The notes: generated by a model not told the origin, from the sequence alone. A DNA stretch of 32,000 nt from Promethearchaeum syntrophicum (GCF_008000775.2 NZ_CP042905.2:3030001-3062000); one strand, 5' to 3'. Numbered from the stretch's first letter, positions 1 to 9,572 are shown. A program made the numbers and translations.

Positions 1-2
1 AA

Positions 3-296
3 TTGAAAGAATTATCATTACAAGTGGAAAGTGAATATGGTGGCTTTGATGAATTAGAAGAAATTAATGAGAAAAAACCTCCACTTATCGGTAAGCTAAA
101 TATAAAAGTCCCTAAAAAGGATCCAGAAGAAATAGTTCAAATTGTGTTACATGATGATAGATTTTACGCTGCTTTTAAAGGCGCTTCAGTTTTAGGGTCT
201 TTACCAAGTTTCAAGCCCTTTTTGGTTGATAAAGCCACTTTTGATGCAAATCCAGATGCTTGTAAGGTTGACTTTTATTCTATCATTAATCAATAA
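3..296 (+). CDS. Hypothetical protein, C-terminal part (probably truncated by the left window edge)
   Basis: ORF runs from the window edge to a TAA stop. Globular composition, no confident family assignment. Confidence 0.5.
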   Translation: MKELSLQVESEYGGFDELEEINEKKPPLIGKLNIKVPKKDPEEIVQIVLHDDRFYAAFKGASVLGSLPSFKPFLVDKATFDANPDACKVDFYSIINQ

Positions 297-412
297 TTAA
301 ATTAACACTATTTTCTGTATCAATATTTTTTTAATATTTGTTTAATTATTTTGCTACAGAAAATGAATTCCTTCAATTTATGAAAGGTTATAATAGGAAA
401 GGTTTTAGAAAA

Positions 413-1561
413 ATGAAACAACGACATAATATTTTAGCATTTTTATTCTTATCAGTACTAATAATATCCTCATTCGATTATTCGGTGGCGACATCACGAA
501 AAGATTTACTTGAAGACTTTTGCATTTCCAATCAAACAGCAACGGGCGGTTTTATGGATTTTAATAATGGAACTGCAGATACAATTTCAGAATTTACATC
601 TTATGCGAATTTGTTCATTCTTAATGAAATAGATCCAAATTTAGAAAAAATTGATAAATCTAAAGCGGAATTTTGGGGTATTGACAGATTAAATGATTTC
701 ACATCAACAACGGGCACTGAAAAAAGTATCCCCGATGCTTACTATGCTTTAGGAATTTTAGTTTATCTAAATGCGACAGCTAATGAAAATTCAACACTTA
801 ATGATGCAATTACAAAGATGAATGGTTTTTATAATGAAACCAGTCATGGGTATAATGGAGAAAATAGCCCCATTTCAACATTAAGTGATACTTATTATGC
901 AATCGAATTTCTTGAAAGAGCCGAAAGTCTTTCCTATTCTACCAACTCAACTGAAATAGCATCTTTTGTATTATCATGCTGGGATAGTGAAGACAATGCT
1001 TTTGCGGGAAGTCCTGGAGGCTATGCAAATCCGATTGATTCATATTTTGCTATTCAAAGCTTAAAAAGGCTTGATAAATTGGACCTTTTTAATCAAAAAG
1101 AAGAATTAAGCGATTTTATTGATGAATTCTACTGTGATGATCCTGTTTTTGAAGCTCATAATGGAGGATACTCACATACACAGAATTCACCTTCATCTAG
1201 CTCATTAATGATGACATATTATTGCGTTAGTCTCCAAAACACATTAAATTCTTCAAAATTACATAATGAAACAACTCTTAATTGGATTTTATCCCGTCAA
1301 AGCCCTTATGATTTCGGATTCAATGATTATTCGAGTACTTCTAGTATTGAATATTCTTCTGCAAAATTATCATATTTTGCTATTCGATCAATCTTAATCT
1401 TTGAAGAAGATGCACTTGGAGATAGAAACAGCGATTTAATGAATGAAGAACTTTGGAATTTATCCACAAGTGGATGGATAATTGCTGGCATTGTATTAAT
1501 ATGTATAGGATTAGCTGCACTCGCAGGATATGGTATTTATCGATATAAAAATCGGATTTAA
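413..1561 (+). CDS. Exported, membrane-anchored protein with prenyltransferase/squalene-cyclase-like alpha/alpha-toroid repeats
   Basis: The track ORF starts at TTG 338, but the in-frame ATG at 413 gives a signal peptide (MKQRHNILAFLFLSVLIISSFDYSVA). Repeats such as STLSDTYYAIEFLERAES, NPIDSYFAIQSLKRLDKL and SSLMMTYYCVSLQNT resemble toroid helices. C-terminal TM segment (GWIIAGIVLICIGLAALAGYGIYRYKNRI). Confidence 0.6.
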   Translation: MKQRHNILAFLFLSVLIISSFDYSVATSRKDLLEDFCISNQTATGGFMDFNNGTADTISEFTSYANLFILNEIDPNLEKIDKSKAEFWGIDRLNDFTSTTGTEKSIPDAYYALGILVYLNATANENSTLNDAITKMNGFYNETSHGYNGENSPISTLSDTYYAIEFLERAESLSYSTNSTEIASFVLSCWDSEDNAFAGSPGGYANPIDSYFAIQSLKRLDKLDLFNQKEELSDFIDEFYCDDPVFEAHNGGYSHTQNSPSSSSLMMTYYCVSLQNTLNSSKLHNETTLNWILSRQSPYDFGFNDYSSTSSIEYSSAKLSYFAIRSILIFEEDALGDRNSDLMNEELWNLSTSGWIIAGIVLICIGLAALAGYGIYRYKNRI

Positions 1562-1593
1562 AAAAATTTTTTCTGTTTTTTCAAATTACTACA

Positions 1594-3017
1594 TTACACT
1601 TCTTTTTTGATAAATCTCTTTATATATGCTGCCATTATCATCTCTTCTTTTTGTAAAAATTTTCGTAAAACATCACGAATATAATCCGGATCATATCTTT
1701 CATTCCTGTTGTTTGACATTTCAAGATATCCTGATCCGCGTTGTAAATAATCTGAAGAAGCGACCGAATACCATTTACATTCATCCAAAGGTTCATCATC
1801 TATAGTTATCGAGTTGATTCGACAAAAATTTTCAGATTCTGAATTCAAATAGATTCTTACATTACTGGATACAGCAATATTTCCCAGATATTTCCCCCTA
1901 AATCCCGCCCCACTACCGTCTTGCATTTGAATTTCTTCAATTAATGATTTTTCTAATGTTTTTCGTATATCTATTCCCTTAATTTCAAAATAGGTTGGAT
2001 TTAGTGGGGAAGGGCTTGTTTCAAGAAGGATAAGTTTCGACATAAAGCCCTTTTCCAAACTCTTGTTTAAAATTCCGCTATTTATAATGCCAATATTTGT
2101 TTGAAAAATATCTTTCAAAGAATCAGCGAGAAAATTTGAGAGAGGATTTTCTTCGGTTAGAGAATGAGAAAGTGCGTTTTTCAAATAGAAAAGGGATTTA
2201 GACATAAATTTTTTTGCTTTTTTTGAATATAACTCAATAATTTCTGCAATTTTTGGATCTGGGATGAAATCTTTACTTGAAATAAGAGAGCCTTTATAAT
2301 TTTTAATAAGTAGGTTGTCATCCAATTCTAAATCTAAAATTCCAAAATATTCTCCATATGATCCTGCTTGACAAATTATGGTATTTTTTACTAAAACTGG
2401 CTCTTTTAAAACAGTATGTGAATGTCCTCCAATAATAATATTAATAGAAGGAAATTCCTTTGCGATGATTTTATCAAATTTCAACCCTAGATGTGAAATA
2501 AGAATTATCAGGTCAAATTTATTGTTTTGATTATCAGAAAGAACCGATTAATTTCTTCAATTGGATCTTTTGTTATCATATTAGTTAATTTATAGAATTC
2601 GTTATATGAAGGAGAACTTGCAGTAATACCTATTAATAGAATTCTTGTATTATCAATTACCAAGGTTGCAGAATCTTTAAGAAAAGTTAATTTTTTTCCA
2701 TTAAAATTATATATATTACACGTTAATACTTCACATCTTGAACTTTCTGCAATTACTTTTCCATTCTCTATACCGGAAAAACCTTCATTATTACCAAAAA
2801 TGCGCGCATGAAATCCCATTTCATTTAATATTGCAGAGCTAATTTCACCTTGAGTACCTTCAGTCTCAATTCTCATAAAATCGGCATTATCTCCAGCATC
2901 TAGTAAAAGTGAATTAGGATCTTTATAATTCTTAATAGCCGTTGCAATTTTAGCTAATTCTTCAAATCTACTGTGAATATCGTTTATATGCAGAATTCGC
3001 AGCTTTCTATTCTTCAT
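1594..3017 (-). pseudogene. 5'-nucleotidase / 2',3'-cyclic phosphodiesterase family metallophosphoesterase, split by an apparent frameshift near 2546-2552 (pseudogene or assembly error)
   Basis: The upstream ORF (2508..3017) has LRILHINDIHSRFEEL, LLLDAGDNADF and FGNNEGF. The downstream ORF (1594..2484) has NIIIGGHSHTVLKEP and the C-terminal nucleotidase domain. The other frame reads ...SVLSDNQNNKFDLIILISHLGLKFDKII directly across the gap. Confidence 0.8.
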
Positions 3018-3060
3018 TAAATTTCAATAATTACTTATATTTCTAATAATTTTACTTCTT

Positions 3061-3924
3061 ATGGAACCAATTATTCTCAATGGTAAGTCTTTATCTAAAA
3101 AAATCACAGACAATCTAAAAGTAGAAATAGAAAGTGCCACTGAAAAGTTTGGTCGTCCACCTTGCTTAGCCACAATTCTTGTAGGAGAAGATCCAGCTAG
3201 TAAAATATATGTTAATATGAAAAATAAGACTTGTGAAAGAATAGGTATTAGTACACTTAAAAAAAATTTTTCTTCTGATATCGCGATTGAAGATTTGTTT
3301 CTGGAAATAAGCAATTTAAATAATGATTCAAAAATTGATGGAATTTTGGTTCAAATGCCACTTCCAAATCAATTACGAAAATACGAATCAAAAATTATGG
3401 CTTTAATCTCACCAGAAAAGGATGTTGATGGTCTTCATCCAAATAGTGTTGGATTAAACACTCTTGGAGACGAAACTTTTGGATCTAATACCCCAAAAGG
3501 AATGATAAGGTTATTAGAAGAATTCAATATCAACATTGAAGGGGAAGAAGTTGTCATTGTTAACAGAACTCCTGTAATTGGTAAGCCTCTATCTATGATG
3601 TTTATTAAAAGGAATGCCACTGTTACCATTTGTCATACCCATACTCGAGATTTAGATTTTCACTTAAAACGAGCAGATATAATTGCTGTCGGAGTAGGTC
3701 GTATAAATTTTATAACCCCCGAACGAATAAAAAATGGTGTTGTAATCTTGGATGCAGGGATAAATTATAATCAAGAAGGAAAATTGGTCGGTGATGTAGA
3801 TTTTGAAGCTGTAAAACAAAAAGTAAAAGCAATTACACCTGTTCCCGGAGGTATTGGTCCAATGACAATCGCCATGTTGATGGAAAATACATATTTTGCT
3901 TATATAAATCAAATTAATAATTAA
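3061..3924 (+). CDS. folD: Bifunctional methylenetetrahydrofolate dehydrogenase / methenyltetrahydrofolate cyclohydrolase
   Basis: Characteristic motifs: ATILVGEDPASKIYVNMKNKTCERIGI, GILVQMPLP, SPEKDVDGLHPNSVG, VVNRTPVIGKPLSMM, TPVPGGIGPMTIAMLMENT. Confidence 0.96.
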   Translation: MEPIILNGKSLSKKITDNLKVEIESATEKFGRPPCLATILVGEDPASKIYVNMKNKTCERIGISTLKKNFSSDIAIEDLFLEISNLNNDSKIDGILVQMPLPNQLRKYESKIMALISPEKDVDGLHPNSVGLNTLGDETFGSNTPKGMIRLLEEFNINIEGEEVVIVNRTPVIGKPLSMMFIKRNATVTICHTHTRDLDFHLKRADIIAVGVGRINFITPERIKNGVVILDAGINYNQEGKLVGDVDFEAVKQKVKAITPVPGGIGPMTIAMLMENTYFAYINQINN

Positions 3925-3942
3925 ATTTGTAATCTAACAAAG

Positions 3943-3953
3943 ATATAAAAAGG
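3943..3953 (+). promoter_or_regulatory. Candidate archaeal TATA box upstream of the PurF-like gene
   Basis: AAAGATATAAAAAGG about 60 nt upstream of the ATG at 4009. Confidence 0.35.
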
Positions 3954-4008
3954 ACCATATCAACAGATTAAGATTTGCGTTTTTTAAGTTAGAAAAATAT
4001 AATTTACT

Positions 4009-5463
4009 ATGGCTGGATTAGGTGGAATAATTAAATTCAATAGTGAAAACGAGCTACACGGAATTTCAAAAGATTTATATTATCTATTATTCGGATTACA
4101 AAATCGCGGGCAGGCTTCTGCTAAAGCTATAACACAAATGAAGAATCCGAGTACAAAAGTATATTATTATAGTAATGGGGTCAAGTATGTTAGTTTAGAG
4201 AACATAAAATCATCACATTATATTTATGCTGAACGAAAAGGAGACGGAATTGTTCGAGAACTTTTTGATAATAAAGTAATTTTGGATTTGTATGGGGAAT
4301 CTGGAATTGGAGCGGTTAGTAATGATCAAGTGTATAAAAGTGCTTCACTCCCTTATAGATATAAAATGATCGCTGTTGGAAAAGATGGTTTTCTGGAAAA
4401 TATTGAAAAGGTAAAACAATTTCTAGTAAAGCAAAATATTCCTTTTAAGAAAGAGAGTAGCGAGGTCGAAATTTTTTCCAAATTATTCCATTATCATTTC
4501 TTAGAAACATCGACTGGGGCAGAAGCGATGAAACGATGTGTCTTGGGATTCAATGAAGCCCCAGGGATCAAAGGATTGTATTCTGCTTTAGCATTAACAC
4601 CTAACGGGATTGTAGCTTTGGGTAATGGTAAGCCCCTTGGTTATGTTTACAATTCTGAGCATGTTTATTTCGCCAGTGAAAGCGCTGGTCCCTGGAGTTT
4701 TATAAAGGGAATGGATAGTAAGAATTTTAATGAAACTTGGTTTGATATTAAGCCGGGTGAGATTTATGAATTTAACCGGGATGGATCATTCAATAAAGAA
4801 ACTTTCAATACTCAAAATAAAATGTGTTCTTTTGAATGGGCATATTTTGCACGCCCCTCTACCGTTATATATAATAAAGAATCTGGAAATGTACGAAAAC
4901 ATATTGGAAAACAGTTAGTTCCGAAAATCTTCAATAATATTCGAAAAGTTGGTGGTGATCCAGAAGATTGTATAGTTGTTCCTGTGCTTGATTCAGGAAA
5001 TTGGTATGGCGTTGGAGTTTGTGAGGGTTCAAAACTACCCTTTATTCCAGGACTTTATAAAAATAAATATTCTCTGAAATCATTTATTCTTGATTACCAA
5101 GAAAATCGTGATCAAGAGGTTTTGATTAAGCATATTCCCAGTGTTATCCAATTGAAAGATAAAGAAATCATTTTAGTTGATGATAGCATCGTTCGAGGGA
5201 CAACAATGAGAATAATTGTTGATTTTGTTAAGAAAAAAGCAAACCCAAAGAAAGTTCATGTAGTTGCGGGGTATCCTGAAAAACGATATGCATGTCCTTA
5301 TACATCTGAAGGAAAAGATAAACTAATCGCTAACGAAATGACCACAGATATGATTCGGGAAAAAATTGGGGCAGATTCTTTAACGTATGGAGAACATCGC
5401 ATGTGGCATGGAATTCTTGGAGATGATTGTTGCTATAGATGTGAGAAAAGAAGAGTAGTTTAA
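4009..5463 (+). CDS. Amidophosphoribosyltransferase (PurF)-like protein with degenerate glutaminase domain
   Basis: N-terminus MAGLGGIIKF...LLFGLQNRGQASAKAI, then FEWAYFARPS, VVPVLDSGNWYGVG, GLYKNKY, IILVDDSIVRGTTMRIIVDF, IGADSL. PurF-type architecture lacking the Cys nucleophile. Confidence 0.9.
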   Translation: MAGLGGIIKFNSENELHGISKDLYYLLFGLQNRGQASAKAITQMKNPSTKVYYYSNGVKYVSLENIKSSHYIYAERKGDGIVRELFDNKVILDLYGESGIGAVSNDQVYKSASLPYRYKMIAVGKDGFLENIEKVKQFLVKQNIPFKKESSEVEIFSKLFHYHFLETSTGAEAMKRCVLGFNEAPGIKGLYSALALTPNGIVALGNGKPLGYVYNSEHVYFASESAGPWSFIKGMDSKNFNETWFDIKPGEIYEFNRDGSFNKETFNTQNKMCSFEWAYFARPSTVIYNKESGNVRKHIGKQLVPKIFNNIRKVGGDPEDCIVVPVLDSGNWYGVGVCEGSKLPFIPGLYKNKYSLKSFILDYQENRDQEVLIKHIPSVIQLKDKEIILVDDSIVRGTTMRIIVDFVKKKANPKKVHVVAGYPEKRYACPYTSEGKDKLIANEMTTDMIREKIGADSLTYGEHRMWHGILGDDCCYRCEKRRVV

Positions 5464-5471
5464 AGAAAAAT

Positions 5472-6044
5472 CTACGTAGGTTTAGCTAATATCGCTTTAA
5501 CCCGTAAATCCTCAAATAATCGGGTCGATGTTGATTTGATTAAACAACATGTATCAGCACCTCTTCCTGTTCCTGCTATTGAAATTACATCTTCTCCCAC
5601 CTTTATAGCGCCAGCATCACAAGCCATTAAAACAATCTCCATTACAACTTTAATTCCCTGGCATATTATTGTTCTTAATAGGGTGGAGAACATAGCTGTA
5701 CTATCATATTGTTGATATTTTCGAAGTAATGAGCTTCCCACTCCTGAAAAAGCTAAAACTCCAGTAATTATTTTTACTTTTTGCTTTTCAAGATCATTTC
5801 TTAATTTTGCTGGAAATTTTTGTTCCGCATCTTTTCTAAATCCATAGTTATGGGTAATCACTATTAATTCATAAATAGAGGGATCAAAAATAGTTATTGC
5901 TTGGTTGATTGTATCACCTGTCGTAGAAGCAATTAGAATTTTTTTAATATTCAGTAAATCTGCATTAAATTTTGCGAGTTCCAAAGTCTCTTTAGTATTT
6001 TCTTTTCCAGGTGAATCGAATATTTTAAATTTTAATTCTGGCAT
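5472..6044 (-). CDS. Conserved archaeal protein related to the pyruvate kinase alpha/beta (C-terminal) domain family (COG1751-like)
   Basis: NADLLNIKKILIASTTGDTINQAI...YELIVITHNYGF...GIKVVMEIVLMACDAGAIKVGEDVISIAGTGRGADTCCLI. Confidence 0.7.
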   Translation of the reverse strand: MPELKFKIFDSPGKENTKETLELAKFNADLLNIKKILIASTTGDTINQAITIFDPSIYELIVITHNYGFRKDAEQKFPAKLRNDLEKQKVKIITGVLAFSGVGSSLLRKYQQYDSTAMFSTLLRTIICQGIKVVMEIVLMACDAGAIKVGEDVISIAGTGRGADTCCLIKSTSTRLFEDLRVKAILAKPT

Positions 6045-6090
6045 TAAAGTTCACTTGTTACCTTAAGATTTAAGGAAATTTTTAAATGTT

Positions 6091-7845
6091 TCATTCTTGT
6101 TTTTGTTGTTCCCATGCCCGAATAATATCATTTTGGCTTAAAATTCCAAGTAAGATTATATCTTTCTTATCATCCTCAACTACTATTTCTTTGGTGACTA
6201 ATATTGCCCTTAATTCATGTTCATGCATTTTATCCATACAGTTTTGAAGTGATCTTTCCGGTTCAATGGTCACATTAACTGGTTTCATCATTTGATTCAC
6301 CGTAATTGAATCCCATTGCTCATAATTTAGATTAAATAAATCATCGATATAGGCAATTCCTACTAATTTTCCAAAATCTAATACGGGAAATTGTTCTAAA
6401 CCATGTTCGGAGGACATACGTGCAAACTCCAAAATTGGAAGATCGGGGGAAACTGTTATCAAATTTGTCGACATGATATCAGTAACACGAATATTCTCCA
6501 TTTTAAAGATAGTTTCGCTTTTTAGTGAAGTTTCACCTCGTTTTAACAGAAGTGTGTAAATTGAAGTGCCACGCAATAAAACTCTTGATACGAAATAACT
6601 TGCAACTGATGCAATTAGTAAAGGTGTTATGAGGTGCGTAACTCCTGTCATTTCAACCAATATAAAAGTTATATTTAGGGGGGCAATTGTTAACGCAGAA
6701 AAAAAAGCCGCCATCCCAATAAAACAATATAGTTGAGGATTTTCAATAAAATTTGGAAAGAAATATTCAAGCGTATACCCAAAAAAACCACCATACATGC
6801 ACCCAATATATAAAGATGGGCCAAAAATTCCTCCAGAACCACCTGAACCAATTGTGGCTGAAGTGGAAATCATTTTTAAAATTCCAAATAAGAGAAAAAG
6901 TAAAGGAATAAGTGGGTTTTCTAATACGTTTTCAATACCGTTAATCCCTGTTCCATATAAACCCATACCCATCGGTGTGAATACAATAATTATTCCCGTA
7001 AAAATTGCACCTATTGTCGGTTTTAACCATTCTGGAATTTTTATTGATTTAAATGAGAGTAAAGCTCCATGATGAAATTTAATCCAAATAAATGCTATTA
7101 GAGCAAAAATAATTCCAACAATTAAAAAAATACCGAATTCTTGAGGATTAACAGAATTTAGAGTAAAGGAAATTACATGATTTGTTTCGAAAAATAAATT
7201 GGCAACCAAGGCTCCAATTGCAGCAGCAAAAAACACTGGAATTGATTCAATCAAAGTCACACCTTGAAACAATATTTCCAATCCAAACAATGCGCCCCCT
7301 AATGGAGCATGAAATGACCCCGCAATTCCCGCAGCAAGTCCACAAGTCATTAATAATCTTTTTTCCATGGGATTTAACCGTAGTTTTGAGCCAAAAATGG
7401 ACCCCATATTAGCTCCAATTAGAGCTATGGGCCCTTCTATCCCGGCACTTCCACCACTTCCTATTGTAATGCTAGAGACAAAAATCTTAGTTAAACCAAC
7501 CCTTCCTCTTAATTTTCCTCCTTTTAATGCCATAGATTCAAATAAAACTGGGATCCCCGAACCTTTAGTTTCAGGAGCAAATTTAGAAATTATTGGTCCA
7601 ACAATTAGAGCTCCAATAATTGGGAGAAACAATAACCCGAGATTGTAATTTCCAACTTTAATTGTAATCAAGGGCAATAAAATATCTGTGAAAAAATATC
7701 GGATTCCATCAATTGAAATACGTAGAATTATGGCAACGCCCCCACCTAAAGCACCGATTATTGCAGCAAATAAATATATCTTCAACCAATAATCCACATT
7801 TCTTCTACTTGGTCGAGCGGTTATTTTTGTTGATGGGTTCATCAT
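6091..7845 (-). CDS. ClC-family chloride channel/transporter with C-terminal CBS domain pair
   Basis: ClC selectivity-filter motifs KGSGIPVLFES, GGSAGIEGPIALIGA and GGSGGIFGPSLYIG, multiple TM helices, and C-terminal CBS sequence (VTDIMSTNLITVSPDLPILEFARM..., VNQMMKPVNVTIEP...). Confidence 0.93.
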   Translation of the reverse strand: MMNPSTKITARPSRRNVDYWLKIYLFAAIIGALGGGVAIILRISIDGIRYFFTDILLPLITIKVGNYNLGLLFLPIIGALIVGPIISKFAPETKGSGIPVLFESMALKGGKLRGRVGLTKIFVSSITIGSGGSAGIEGPIALIGANMGSIFGSKLRLNPMEKRLLMTCGLAAGIAGSFHAPLGGALFGLEILFQGVTLIESIPVFFAAAIGALVANLFFETNHVISFTLNSVNPQEFGIFLIVGIIFALIAFIWIKFHHGALLSFKSIKIPEWLKPTIGAIFTGIIIVFTPMGMGLYGTGINGIENVLENPLIPLLFLLFGILKMISTSATIGSGGSGGIFGPSLYIGCMYGGFFGYTLEYFFPNFIENPQLYCFIGMAAFFSALTIAPLNITFILVEMTGVTHLITPLLIASVASYFVSRVLLRGTSIYTLLLKRGETSLKSETIFKMENIRVTDIMSTNLITVSPDLPILEFARMSSEHGLEQFPVLDFGKLVGIAYIDDLFNLNYEQWDSITVNQMMKPVNVTIEPERSLQNCMDKMHEHELRAILVTKEIVVEDDKKDIILLGILSQNDIIRAWEQQKQE

Positions 7846-7887
7846 ATATCCTCCAAGTTGTTAAAAAAAAAAAAACGAAAAAAGAAA

Positions 7888-8973
7888 TTAAATATTCCCA
7901 AAAACTAAAAACTTCTTGTCGCTACCAAGAGAGAAAACTTGGAATCTTTTTCCTTTTTTAGTTTCACAATTTAAAACCAATACGGGAAATACATAAATTG
8001 GTAATCTTATATTAGTATCATCATTTTTTGAAGCTAGTTTCCATTCTTTCGCTGCTTCTTTAACAGAGTTTTTAATTTCTCTTGAGTAGTAACCTAAACT
8101 AGGTTCAATGAATTTTTGTTCCAATTCCTTTTCAGGTTTATGGATTACAATAGCCTCCACTTGCTCGATTGCATCATGAATTTCTTTTCCCATTTCTCTT
8201 TCTAGTCCCGATAATTTTATTGATGATAAAATAACGGGTTCGGATTGGTGTTCTTTTTTAAATGGAACAGGTTTTATTTGGTAATTGAAGAATATTCCAT
8301 ACCCTTTACAATCTGAACATGGAATAATACCGAATCCTTCACAATATCTACATAGAACCTTCCCAGTGCCTCCGCATCTACTACATGGTATTTTACCTGA
8401 ACCAATACATTCATTGCATTTTACATCAATGGTTTTTTTTGTTTTCTCTTCCTTTTCATTTAATATAGTTATTTCAATAGTTTTTTTCCCCGTTCCTTTG
8501 CATTCTTTACAATTTGTCCGATCCGAATTTCCCCCACAATCGGGACAAGGAATGAATCTAGAACCATCACATTTTTTGCATTTCATTCCACCACGACCAT
8601 CACATCGACTACAATTTTGTTTTTGGAGAGTATTATAAAAGGGAACTTCAGTAGATGCTTTCCATTCAGATTTAATAGGATAACCATCAATATTATAGAA
8701 TTTTTCTTTTTCAATATCTCTAACTGATGCTTTTTCGGTTTTTACTTTTTCTCTCGAAGGTTCGATATCTATTGACTTCTCTAAATAAATTACGGTAGCT
8801 TTTTCAACACCTTTTACATATTCCGCTGCTGTTATATTTTCTAATTTAAAGACAGCGCCTTTAACACCGTAATATTTTTCTAAATTCTGTTTTTTTGCGT
8901 TCTTTTGTTTCCATTTCTCCCAAATAACATCTGGATTAGCCGATTTTATTGATATATTTCCCATTTTTTGCAC
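7888..8973 (-). CDS. DnaJ-type cysteine-rich (CxxCxGxG) zinc-binding protein without J domain
   Basis: Eight CxxC motifs: CSRCDGRG, CKKCDGSR, CPDCGGNS, CKECKGTG, CNECIGSG, CSRCGGTG, CRYCEGFG, CSDCKGYG. No J-domain HPD motif. Start may be the in-frame ATG at 8964. Confidence 0.75.
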   Translation of the reverse strand: MQKMGNISIKSANPDVIWEKWKQKNAKKQNLEKYYGVKGAVFKLENITAAEYVKGVEKATVIYLEKSIDIEPSREKVKTEKASVRDIEKEKFYNIDGYPIKSEWKASTEVPFYNTLQKQNCSRCDGRGGMKCKKCDGSRFIPCPDCGGNSDRTNCKECKGTGKKTIEITILNEKEEKTKKTIDVKCNECIGSGKIPCSRCGGTGKVLCRYCEGFGIIPCSDCKGYGIFFNYQIKPVPFKKEHQSEPVILSSIKLSGLEREMGKEIHDAIEQVEAIVIHKPEKELEQKFIEPSLGYYSREIKNSVKEAAKEWKLASKNDDTNIRLPIYVFPVLVLNCETKKGKRFQVFSLGSDKKFLVFGNI

Positions 8974-9200
8974 ATCTAATTAATTAAAATTTTTTTTTAA
9001 TGCTTTTTCTTATTTGATTTCTGCACTTTAATAGATTTTCTATGAGATTTTATTTCGCAACAATAATTTAAAGAAGATATTGGATCAAATTTTTACAAAA
9101 ATTAAAAATCGTATTTTTCTTATAGATTTTCAATTTTTTATCTGTATAATGATTAATTTTTAGGCAAATCCTTTATTAAATCTCTATCTAATATCAAAAT

Positions 9201-9572
9201 ATGAACTGGAAACGCTTTTTTTTTAGTATTCCTTTAGGAATGTTAATGGGAGTATTTTGTATTATTGGACTCTCCCAACGAATTCCTACAGGAGGAGTTG
9301 ATCCTAGCAATTCAATTTACCTTTGGGGAGCATGGTACGAACGCGTTATAATGGGTGTTATGATTGGATTTGCTGGTGAATTAGTAATTTTTAAATCCAA
9401 AAGAAATTTATTTAATGCATTTCTTCGAGGAGCAATTCTGGGGTTGTTTACTTCAGCAGGATTTGCATTTTTCCAACAATTTATTGATTTAACCTTTTTC
9501 CTTACAGGTATTATTTTTGGTGGAATAATTGATATTATTGCAACATTTGTTAGTCGAGATAAAATTGATTGA
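9201..9572 (+). CDS. Small polytopic membrane protein (about 4 TM helices), function unknown
   Basis: 123 aa with hydrophobic segments FFFSIPLGMLMGVFCIIGL, VIMGVMIGFAGELVIF, GAILGLFTSAGFAFF and LTFFLTGIIFGGIIDIIATF. ATG start. Confidence 0.6.
   Translation: MNWKRFFFSIPLGMLMGVFCIIGLSQRIPTGGVDPSNSIYLWGAWYERVIMGVMIGFAGELVIFKSKRNLFNAFLRGAILGLFTSAGFAFFQQFIDLTFFLTGIIFGGIIDIIATFVSRDKID

Noticed and set aside
2860-2990. GNNE instead of the usual GNHE in the metallophosphatase motif as evidence of inactivation
   Set aside because: To my recollection, cytosolic members of this family (YunD-like) naturally carry GNNEG, so this alone is not an unusual feature. Should be checked by alignment.
3024-3314. 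96-aa minus-strand ORF overlapping folD
   Set aside because: It lies entirely antisense to or overlapping the well-supported folD start region and has no recognisable family. Treated as a spurious frame.
6797-7648. Plus-strand ORFs (6797..7072, 7182..7412, 7367..7648) antisense to the ClC gene
   Set aside because: They are shadows of a strongly conserved coding gene on the minus strand, with low-complexity proline/isoleucine-rich translations.
8285-8638. 117-aa plus-strand ORF antisense to the zinc-finger repeats
   Set aside because: Its repetitive PSQ/LHSLQ pattern is the antisense image of the CxxCxGxG repeats.
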